From Lama guanicoe (taxonomy: Eukaryota), in the NCBI GenBank assembly GCA_013239625.1, contig MU054212.1, forward strand, positions 124,001-188,000: a stretch of 64,000 bases of DNA, in the 5' to 3' direction. The number at the start of each line of letters is the position of its first letter. The stretch's first letter is position 1. The notes under the pieces were generated by a model. That model saw nothing but the letters and a program-made list of their open reading frames with translations. It made no database searches and was not told where the DNA came from. The translations under genes were made by a program, and so were the position numbers. Of this stretch, positions 52,981 to 64,000 are shown piece by piece.

Positions 52981-55900
52981 TTTCAAGGCAAGATTTGGAT
53001 TTGACCTGGAAGGAGGAAAAGAACTTGGAAAGACAGAGAGGAGGCATGAAGAATTTCAGGCATTACCAGCAACATATGCAAACACAGGAAGATCCTGTGC
53101 AGCGCTCAAGTTTGTGCTACAGCAAAGAGACTGCCTGACTTGCTAGGAAGGCTCCAAGTGAGAAGAGGCAGCGTTGGACAAGCAGTGGGAGTCTGGACGA
53201 TGGCGGACTTTGAGGACTGATCTGAAGTTTGCATCTCACTGGGAGTGTCTGTAAAGCAGGTTTGAATGTAAAGCAAATTGAGACAGAGCATGATGCCTGC
53301 CAAGAAATGTTCTGGATACAGTCAACTTGTTATTATCCAGTTGCAGTATATATGTTCACTGTGTTTGCTCTATTCCAAAGCTGTCCAGATTTGGGATGTT
53401 TCACTATTGATGCAGAGGAAGTAAATGGAGAAGAGAAAAGGGGGGCACAGTTCATAGATGTTGCAGCCTAGAGCACTATGCTAGGCATGAGACACATACC
53501 ACCCACCTTGTTCTTGCACAATTCTATGAGAATCTGATATTGTCTCCATTTTACATAAGGTAGGATCATTCAGAAATAAGTTGCCAATGGTCATTCCAAA
53601 TAATCCATGAAGGACCAGCAGCGGAAGCCTGTTCAAACTGACCAATTCTTACTATACGGTGCTACCCATTAGAAAGAAAAGAAAGGTGAACTGCAAACCA
53701 TGCTTTTGAATCTGTTTTTTCACTTATGAACATACACAGTAAAAAAAAAAAACTGAAGGGGAGAAAGAGGCATGTAATCAACAAAATATTGGTAGATTTG
53801 AATAATGAACATTCTAGCATTCTATTTGTTGTTCCATGACTATAAATAAGACAAATGTACTCATGCATTAATATGTCTAGGCTGGAAGGGCAAATTTCAA
53901 ATAGTGGCTTTTAACTAGATTGAAAGATGTGTGGTTTTTTTTAACTGGACACACATTTAGCGGGAAACTTAGAGTGATATGACATCACAGTGGTTCAGAT
54001 CTTGAATCTCTGCGGGAGAAATGAGGGAGGATGAGAGAAGCTGACAGAGAAGCTGACACCAAGTAACTGTGGGAGGGGAGGAAGTGGTTTCTCTCACGTT
54101 CTTTCTCAGGAGTCAAGAAAATGGGCATTTTACCATGTAAGATAGAAACGAGGTACAGATGAAGACCAGAGCCTGAGGTAGTGGAGGTGGCAGGAGGAGT
54201 TAGATCTGCCTCCTATTTCTTCCCCTTTTTGGAGGGGGGGATAATTTACATGTTCATGAATTTTTAATCTAGAAGGTATTCATGCAAAACAAAGACCATA
54301 ACCTTATCAAACAACATCATCTCTGCCAGGAAGGGACGTGTCTGGTCGAGCTGTCAGGAACCACCACAAGTCTCTCAGCGTGTGCCCCTTTGCTCTTCTG
54401 GAAGCTATGTCAGTTCTTTGAAGCAAACTGTATTTTTCTGGGCACCACACCAAAGAGTGATGTAAACCTCAGAGCTTGACAAGCTGGATCCCACTTCTAG
54501 CTTTTTCTCAGAAAACTTTGTCTATTAGAACAACTTTCAGAGGACGCAGAGGAAGAGACTTTTATTGACTGGGATAATAATCAACAGCATTAGAATATTA
54601 GAGAAAAACCAAGTTGAGGAGAGCTATCTAGATGTCTGAAACTCTTTGATGAGAGTAATTTTCCTTAATATTTTTTTATGACTCTGTATCATGAATACCT
54701 AGAATTAGATCCTGGAGGACTGAAGTGCAAAGAGTTCTGGGCCAAACAGATTTCGTGAGAAAGTCTGCTGGTGTTTTCAACTGCATCTGTACATGCAAAC
54801 AGTGTTTTTTTAAGTGCCTACTCTGTTCCAGGAACTCATGTTAGGAGGGTTATGAAGAATAAAATGAGTCCCTGATCACAAAGAATATATAATGTTGTAA
54901 AATCCAAATAATCAAATAACATTACAAGATAATATAAAATAAGAGCACATGAATAGTGTAAATAAGTAGATTACCACAGTGTGTAAACCTGGGCATCACT
55001 TAGAGCAAAGAGAAAAGACAAACATGAGCCATATCTGATTCCATGTAAAATTCTATCTTGAACCAGTGGAGGCTGGGAAGGGAGGGTCAGTTCTTGCTGC
55101 TGCTTCTGGTGCCCTTGATGTTGGGAGCAAAACATATGATAGAAATAGATTTCTACAGCTCTTCCAGAAAAATTCTCTTACTAATATGGAAGATACATGT
55201 ATCAGAATAACAGTAAGTTCAGATGATAGGCCCCCTCATTGTGAAAAATAAAATTATTAAAACCAGTGAATGAATTGTTTCTTTTTATTAAATTTTCAAG
55301 AAGAGGAAAACTAAATGAAACAAACTAAAACTTTGAGGATTAAAGAGAGAATGACAGACCAGAGTATCCCACATTTTTGTTCCCAAAGCATAATAATTAG
55401 ATTACAAAGGGCACCTTCACTTAGTAGGTTAAATAGAATGCAAAGAAAATATTTCTGAGTTGAGCAAATGAACAGGTGGACAATAATATGAGGTCTTGTA
55501 TCATTCTTGTAAATGTGGCTTAGAATTTTCCATCGAGGAAAAAAAAATGTGATTTCAGTTTCTAAATGCTGTGAATAAAGTTAGGCAGGTTTGGAACTTT
55601 GACTTATATATTGATTTGGTTTATACAGTCATATAAACTATTCCTTATGCTAGGAAATCAAGATAGTAGAAATTATCAGTATTTTGGTTATAATCCAACA
55701 AGAGTGTGTGGTAAGATAAATGGATAAATATAATAAGTTGTCTACTCAGAAGATATTCTGAAACATTCTTCAGAGAAGAGTGCTGTAAATTTTGGACATA
55801 TTGTAGATCATGTTCCTTTTGGTTAGCCATTTTAAAAACAATCTGATGAGAAAATGTTCAATCAACTATTAACAAAAAAAGAGCACTCATAAACAAAATA

Positions 55901-56419
55901 ATATTTGTTGCCAAATTAGCTAAGATTGTTTTTAATGAGGAAAACCAAAGCTATTAAAGTGTATGGCATAATCGGCACTTTCATACGTAGCTGATATAAA
56001 GGTTCCTTGAAATAAGTGTTTTCTAAAGGCAACCTAATGATATATGTCAAGAGCCTTTAAAGTGTTTAAGTCCTTTGTTTCACCATTCCTATTTCTTGGA
56101 ATGTATCTTACTGAAAAAGTAGAAAGGTTTTAGAAATTTTATGAATAAAAATCTCACTAATAGAATAGAAGTCCTTCCCTTCAATCTGACTGAACAAATT
56201 TAGGTCACATACTCACCACTGGGCCTGGGGGAATGCCCAGCACATATGCAGACTTGCTAAGCCTGTTCCCAAACCAGTCACTGGAAGAAAAATGGGAAAA
56301 CCAAGACTAAGCACTATGACCTGCAGTACCGGAGTCAGTTCCTGAAACTATGTGCCTGCTACATAGTGGGAGAGGGGTTGAATGCGTGATAGGAGGACCT
56401 CCAAGGCCAACACACCTGG

Positions 56420-57310
56420 TCCTCCAATTTTCCCCACCTCAGTGGCTCCTGTATCCGCTGGCTTCCTCAAGCCAAATCTGTAGAATCATTCCTCATAGTT
56501 TCCTTTTCCTTGTCACTCACATCCAGTGCAACACTAAATCCTATTATTAGGCAGAACCGTGTGAAACTGCCATGCTGGCCTCTTTGACTTACAAAAATGA
56601 CAATTTCATATGACTCAACATACATTTCTACCTACTAAATATTTCTCAAATCCTCTCATTTACTTCTCTGTCACCACCACCTTACTGGAAGCCACCCCAT
56701 TCTTCACCTAGATAACAGCTATGCCATCCTAACCAGTCTCTTATTTCTACTTTTATTTCTTCTCCCCATTTTGAAGCTCATCAGTGGTTCCCTATTGCTC
56801 TTAAAATACAACACAAACTTTCAGCCTAGCTGAGAAAACCCTGCATTATCAGACTCTTGCCTATAAATCTGGTCTCCTCCCAGGACACTGTCCCCATCAC
56901 ACTGTCCCCATCACACTCCATGCTCCATCTTCACTGACCTCCTGCCACCCTCCCATATCTTCCCTCCCTCTGCCTGGAATGTGCTTCTCCTCATTCACCA
57001 ACTGACCCATCCCACACATCCTTTGTCTTTCCACTTCAGTTTACTTCCTTAAACTAGCCTTTCCTGGTTTTGCAATCTACTTAAATTTTCCCAGTTATTC
57101 TCTTTCATAATACTCTATTTATTTCCTTTCTGGAAACAATTTGTAATTACACATTTATTTTGTTATATATTTGTTTACCATCATCTCTTTTTCTACTAGA
57201 CTGGAAGACACCTGAAGGCAGAAATTGTGTCACTTTTTTGTTGTTATTTTCACCATTACTGGGTACATAGTCCCCTAAAATTTCAATAAATATTTGTTAA
57301 ATGAATTATT
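56420..57310 (+). mobile_element. L2 3' region
   Basis: ttcctcaagccaaatctg, cctaaccagtctc, ctctgcctggaatg, ctactagactggaag, tcaataaatatttgttaaatgaat terminus. Confidence 0.8.
56547..56623. mobile_element. MADE2-like mariner MITE nested in L2
   Basis: Degenerate TIRs ttaggcagaaccgtgtgaaactg ... caatttcatatgactcaacata; ~77 bp; central tttgacttacaaaaa. Confidence 0.8.
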
Positions 57311-58261
57311 TATAAGTAAACAAATAAATCAATATGCTAGATTAACTTCTTGATGGAAAAAATTAGCTATAAAATTGTGTGGACACAATCATTACAACTA
57401 TTTTGTTAGACTAATCTTTAAAAAAAGAAAAGCTTAGAAGGAAATAAAACAATGTTAACAGAAGTTGTTTAGATGATGGGATTAGGAGTAATTTGATTTT
57501 TTTTCTCTTTGCTCTTCTGTACTTTGAAATTTTCTTTCATGAGTATATAAAACTTGAAAATTATATATTTTAAAATATTGAGAATAATCTTTACTTCTCT
57601 ATAACTATCCTCCTCACTTACCAAAATAAAATTTTTGATTGCCCAATATTTATTACAAAATGTTTCCATCTAAATTTTTTCAAGATATATAGTTAATTTA
57701 TCTGTTTCTGGCATATACAATTTGAAGAATACATAAAGAGATTCTAAATAGAATCCTTACTCTATATGGATAGGTGAGAAGATAGTCACTAATTCCTGGT
57801 TCCACAGGGTGGAGAAAAGTAACTCAATTACATGGAAATCTACATGCCATTGTTTATTATAGACATGGGAAATTATGCATTTTCCATAAGAGTTAATATT
57901 CCTTGACATTTCCTAGCAATATCAAGCCCACATAGGCCTCTGAAACTTCATCACTGGGCCCTTCAGAAGTCAATGTAATCATCAGCTAAAGATCACTTCC
58001 TATTTTCTGAATAAATTATTTATTCCTCCTCATCAAATATTCCAGCAACTGTCCCTCCACTCTGACTTCTCTGTTTTTAAAATATCAGATGTGTTCATTT
58101 GGATGAAAGAGAAATAGAATGCAAGAGACTTTCACTTTCAAAGGTCTTTCAAATTCATCTACTTGTCACATCTCTCCATCCCCACTGCCACCCCTCTAAT
58201 CTAGGCCACTATTGTCTCCAACCTGGACACAGCTACCATCCCTAACTTGTTCCTTCCATCT

Positions 58262-61200
58262 GTTTTTTGTTTTGTTTTGTTTTTTTAACTTTATTAGGTT
58301 ATAGTTTTTATGAAATAGAGTGTAGCTACTTAGTTGTATATCTCAATGACTTTTGACAAATTTATGCCTCAGTGCAAGTACCATCACTATAAAGATGTAG
58401 AACATTTTCGTCACCCCAAAATTTCCCTTGCTCCCTAGTAAATCCATTGTATGGAAATACCACAGCTTTTTTCAATCCATTTCATTCTTTTTTTTTTAAT
58501 CTATTTATTTTAATTTTTTTTTGGCGGGGGAGGGAGCTAATTAGGTTTATTTATTTATTTTAGAAGAGGTACTGGGGATTGAACCCAGGATCTCATGCAT
58601 CCTAAGCATGCACTCTACCACTTAAGCTATACTGTCCCACCTATCCATTTCCTTCTTGATGTACACTAGAGTTGTTTCCAGTTTGGGGCTATTATGAATA
58701 AATCTGCTATCGATATTCATGTATTAGTCTTTGTGTAGACCTGTGTTTTAACTTCATTTGGGTAAATATCTAGGAGTGGGATTGCTGAATTGAATGCTAC
58801 ACGTATATTTAACTTCATAAGAAATTGCCATTGTTTCCCAAAGTGGATGTACCATATTGTGTTCCCACCAACAGTATATAAGAATTCCAGTTTTCAACAT
58901 CCTTGCCATTGCTAGGTATCATCAATCTTTTTAATTTTAGCTATTCTAAAGGGTGTATCTTGATGTCTTATTGTGGCTTAAATTTGCATTTATCTGATGG
59001 CTAATAATGCTGAATATCATTTTATGTGATCATTAGCTATTTGTATATAATTTTTTGATTAAGTGTCTCTTCAAATACATTGCTTATTTTTAAAACTGGG
59101 TTGTCTGTCTACTTACTATTGAATTGTAAATGTTTTTATATACTCTGGATACAATTCCTTTGGCAGTTAAATGCATATACTATTTTCTCAGTCTTTGGTA
59201 TACATTTTTATAATCTTGACAATGTTTTTCAAAAAGCAAAAGTTTTTAATTTTGATGATGTTCAATTTACCAAATTTTTCTTTAATGGTTCATGTCTTTT
59301 GTGTCCTAAGTAATCTTTGCTTAGTCCAAGAATGTAAATATTTTCATCTATTTTTTTCTAGAAGTTTTATAATTTTTGTATTTCCATAAAAATTTCAGAA
59401 TCAGGTTAAAAATTTTTACTCCTCCCACAAAAAATCCTTTTAGAGTTTAATTGGAATTGTGTTCATTAGATCATATGCAAAGAAGAGATATCCTAAAATA
59501 CTAAAGTCTTCCCTATCCATGAACATGGTCTATCTTTTAACTTAGCTGATCTTCTTTAATTACTCCCAGCAATGTTTTATAGTTTTCACTGTAAAGCCCG
59601 TTATTTTGTTAAATTTATCCCTATGTATTTCATACTTTATGACACTCTTGCAACTGATATTTTTAATTTCAATTTACAATTGTTCATTGCTGGTATATAA
59701 AAGCACAATTGAGTTTTGTATATTGACTTTGTATTCTGCAAACTTGCTAAATTCATTTATTGGTTGAGTAGCTTTTGGTAGATTCCTTAATAATAAACAT
59801 AACCATATTATTTACAAACAAAAACAGAATTCTCTTCCTTTGAATTTACATGCCTTTTTTTTTTCCCTGCCTTTTGGCAGTGACTAGAATCTCTAGCATA
59901 ATGTTGAGTATAAATGGTGAAAATGGACATCCTTGACCAATATTACTGAGAGATCATTTAATTTTTCAGAATTAATCATGATGTTAACTGTAGGTTCTTC
60001 ATAGGTATACTATCAGTATCAGGCTAACAGAGTTCCCTTCTATTCCTAGTTTGCTGAGAGTTTTTAATCTCAAATGGGCATGACATCAGTTTATACATTA
60101 TTGGATTCTATTTGTTAATACAGTGTAAGGATTTTTGCAATCACATCTATGTGGTATGCTAACCTTTAGTTTTCCCTTTTTTATAATATATTTATCTGGT
60201 TTTGGTAGAAGAGTAAATCTGGTCTCAAAAATTATTTGTAAAGTGATCCCTTCTCTCTTTTCTAAATTAGTTTGTATAGAACTGATATTCTTTCTTCCTT
60301 AAATTTGAATATAACACATTAGTAAAGATATATGGATTGACTTTGTGTGTGTGTGTGAAAGTTTTCAATTATTAATTCAGTTTCCTTAATACATATAGGG
60401 GTCTTCAGATTTTCTAATTCTTCCTGGGTCAGTTTTGATAGTCAGTCTTGAGTCAGTCTTTTAAGTAATTTTTCCTTTTCATCTAAGTTTTCCAATTTAT
60501 TGACATGTTTTTCAAAATGTTTCCTTATTATTCTTTTAATATTTATAAGATCTGTAGAGATGTCCTTTTTTCATCATAGTCAGTCTACTTAGCATTTTAA
60601 TTTTATTGGTTTTTCAAAGTACCAGCTTTTGGTTTCATTCTTTTTTCTCTATTGCTTTTCTATTTTTTAATTCTATTGCTTTCCATTTCCTTTCTTCTAC
60701 TTATTTTAGGTTTAAGCTGCTTTTGTTTTTCTAGTTTCTTAAGATAGAAGCATGTGCTTTGGTATGGTTTTCTTTTTTATAATTTTCATTTCTTTCCTCA
60801 TTATATCTTATGTTTTCCTTTATATTCTGGAGCATATTTATAATAATCATTTTAATGTCCCTGTCTGCTGATTCTATTTGTGTTATTTCTAGGTCTGTTT
60901 TTATTTACCCACCCCCACCCCCTTTTTTTTTTGGCCTGGCTATTGGTCACGTTTTTCCACTTCTTTGTATGTCTAGTAATTGCTTACTGATTGCTGGATA
61001 TTTTGGATTCTGCATTGCTTTTAGAATTGTTTGATTTTTTTTCTGGTAGAGGGTTATTTGTACAGTGGTTTAATCTTTTGAGGCTCATTTTAAAGTTCTT
61101 TTAGGGTAGATGTAAAGCAGCCTTTATCTGGAGCTAATTTAGCCCCATTTCTAAGGCATCACTCTTCTGGTGTCTCTTTTAAATGCCACAAGTATTTAAT

Positions 61201-61733
61201 AAGGTCTCTCCTCTTCGCTGAAGAGAATTAGAACAATTTGTAGTTCTGTTTGAGCTGTGGAAATTATTTGTATCACAGCTCTCCAGTAATGATGCTTTCC
61301 TTGAGATTTATTCTTGCTTGGCCTTATGGGTTTTACCCTATGCATATGTGTATTGATATTTAGCCAAAACCTCAAGGGAACTTCTATGCATATTTCTGGA
61401 ACTCTTTTGAATAACTCACTCCTCTTGGGTACTCTGCCCCCAAAATTCCAAATGCTTCAGCTTCCTGGAATTTTGATCTCTTTCTCCTCCACTCAGAAAG
61501 ATTGCTGAGCTCTGAGTTCATGCTTCCTACACCTAAGACTGGAAATAACCTCCAGACAGAAAGCTTTAATGATGGCAGGCCTTACATCATCTGTTTTCCT
61601 TTTCTCAGCCATTGCAATCCTGTGCGGCCTGTTGTGTAATACCTGAAAATAGTTGTTTCCTATATTTCTCATTGTTTACGGGGAAAGATAAGTCCAGACC
61701 CTATATATTCCTTGTGGCCGGAGACATAAGTCT
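58262..61733 (-). mobile_element. Internally deleted L1ME-like element with apparent 3' and 5' ends
   Basis: Poly-T start, ttttgacaaat, gttgtttccagtttggggctattatgaataaa, ttcccttctattcctagtttgctgagagtttt; 5'-end-like ...tggccggagacataagtctc. Confidence 0.8.
58490..58640 (-). mobile_element. Camelid tRNA-derived SINE (Vic-1-like)
   Basis: gaggtactggggattgaacccagg...ctaagcatgcactctaccacttaagctatac; TSD atccatttc(a/c)ttctt at 58475-58489 and 58643-58657. Confidence 0.92.
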
Positions 61734-61734
61734 C

Positions 61735-62320
61735 TTCCCTCCACTTTTGACATTTGCCAGCCATTCTTTACACTGTAGCCAGAGTGATTCTCTCAACACA
61801 AATCTAATCATATTAGCCCCAAACTGCAGTGAGGGCTGTTGGCTCTACATAGTCTCATCCCTACCTACCCCTCCAGAACATTTTTCACCATTCTCCAATT
61901 TCCACTTCAGGCTCCAGCATGAGTAAATTACTTCCAGTGTTCTTCGAAGGTGTAGTGCTTTCTCTTACATCTAGACCATTGCAAATAACCTCTCAACCTA
62001 GGATATTTACCCTGTACCTCACATATTCACTATCCCTGACTAATATCTATTTGTCCTTCATAACTAATTTGTATGTCCGTTTTTCAGAGATATTTCCCAC
62101 AAAACTTAGAGTTACTTTTATACCTGCCTGACACTCTCATAATATTCTGTCTTAACAGTAAACTTCATTTCATTATAATTACTTGTTTAATATTTGTCTT
62201 CTTCATTAGACTGTTAAATTCAAATGAAAGTTCAACATTTCTCTCACTAAACCTGATAAATCTCCAGTGCCTTGCACATTAGCTGGCAGAGTAGATCTGA
62301 ACAAATATCTGATGAATAAA
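61735..62320 (+). mobile_element. L2 3' region; continuation of the L2 at ~58130-58260
   Basis: ccattctttacactgtagccagagtgattc...cattagactgttaa...ctccagtgccttgcaca...aacaaatatctgatgaataa. Confidence 0.7.
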
Positions 62321-64000
62321 CTAATGAAAACATAAGGTAATTAACCAGAGAACTGATAGTGGGAGGGAGAAAGAAAACAAACAAATAAACAAACCGTAAT
62401 GTTCAAAAAACCAGAAGGACCTTAAGGACAGCACTTTTCTATTTTGTTGACATCATGGGTCAAATTTTCCAGATGTCATTTAATTCCTCACTTTCATTTT
62501 GCCTTTGTTGACAGAGGCTCTAAAAATGAAAATGGTGCATTTGATACCTTTGTCTCTGTGAACCAAGAAGATTCAGAGTAAATGCTTTTCCATAATGGAG
62601 TTTTCAGAAGCAATCATGATGAACAAAGTTTCACAATAATTAAGTGCAGTATCTGATGATTCTGTTACTCTGTCTTGGGCAATTCCATGGAAGAGGGAGA
62701 TCCATTACGCCTTGACCTGTTCTTTGTCACCACTGTTGTTTTAGTGTCAAGGTAAAAGCATGTCCACAGACCTGATATGATATTCATCATCCTAACTAAG
62801 TCATGTGAACAAACAAAATTAGGTTGTGGCAATCAAAGATCTGGGAAAGAATGTTTGGAAGTATTGAGAGATTGCATGCTTCATACAAGGCAACGATGCA
62901 GAGGTTGCAACATTTTAATTCAAAGTTGTGGATACATTGCCTAAAATGTAGAAGTGGCCTGAAGATTTATCATTCAGCCTTTATCATTTATCACTTTATC
63001 AAAAAGTAAAATGAAATGACGTGTAATGTTTCCTTGTAAAGTAGCATGCTTTATGGTCAGGTTTAGAATGTTCAACAGAAGGAGGCATTTCCAGACTAAA
63101 GCTAAGAGTCCCTTATAAAACTTTCTTTGGGTGGTTAGGAAGTCATTTATTCACCAAAGATTCAGTAGCATCATAAGATCCTAGATAGAGCTAAAAGTAT
63201 TCCTAAAGATCATTTGGGAAAATTCTCTATTTTAAAATCAGAAAGTGCTTTTCTTTTTCAACAGCATACACTATTTCCTTGAATATCATTTCTTCCTGTG
63301 CTGTTTGACTTCATTTGACTTCTGGCCTATTCATGCCTTTCTTCTTTCTCCTTCTGTCAGCCCCTCTGTGTGTCATTCTCTCCCATCAGAAGCCTGGACT
63401 CTCCCAGCAGGCATTTCAGCACAGCTCTAACTAGCAAACTAAGTCACCTTATACTCCTGACCTGCCTGTCCACCATTCCAACCCCCCAACTTTGGGCCAA
63501 CCTCATGTCCTCAAAGTCCTTTTGGACATTTATCTGGTAATCATTTCCAGCTAACTTCTTCACTCACCCTTTAACTGATTCAGAGCAGCAAGTTACCCAA
63601 CTCTGAGGGCTCAATGCACTTCAGAGCCATGCTCTATGACCTCAGGGGGTTCCCAGTTTTGCTCACGGGTTCTTAAATTCATCTTGTACTGATGCTCCGT
63701 TGCACTTCACACTCACAGAATCTTAAAATCACACGGTTTTGTAAATATCTAGAACACTAGAGTCCAGAAAAATCCCAGTCCTTCATTTTATTAATCAGGA
63801 AATGGAAGAAAGTCACACCATTAATGATAAAGGTCTGATTATAATCCAGAAAAAGGAAGTCCAAACTCCTTATCCTATTTTAATTCACCTGTGCCCTGAC
63901 CCTTCCAGTCATGGGTTTTCATTTCAGCATCTATTGCACCAACAGTAAATAATCATCCAGTAAAAACTCCCTTAACTTTTCCAATCTCTATCCCAACATG

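Noticed and set aside
1..64000. CRISPR arrays, operons or other prokaryotic systems
   Set aside because: The sequence is mammalian; no repeat-spacer arrays or gene-dense coding blocks

Overview
Mammalian genomic DNA, most likely camelid (alpaca/llama/camel), inferred from two tRNA-derived SINEs with the Vic-1-like head GGGGAGGGTATAGCTCA...GGTTCAATCCC and young L1 3' ends of one family. I find no supportable protein-coding gene; the ORFs in the track look like chance ORFs or repeat remnants. The window reads as intergenic or intronic sequence. The left part (about 1-18.6 kb) is relatively repeat-poor and carries candidate enhancer motifs. A CpG-rich island with tandem AP-1 sites lies at about 31.7-32.6 kb. 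The right half (especially 41-62 kb) is packed with old L1/HAL1/L2 elements, several nested, some with readable target-site duplications (TSDs). There is one 280-N assembly gap. I cannot support a new biological system. The best leads are the orphan CpG island/AP-1 element, an unidentified ~300-bp insert with a telomere-like motif, a SINE with a duplicated head, and one well-formed non-coding exon candidate. Repeat family names come from recalled consensus sequences, not a search, and boundaries of old repeats are approximate.
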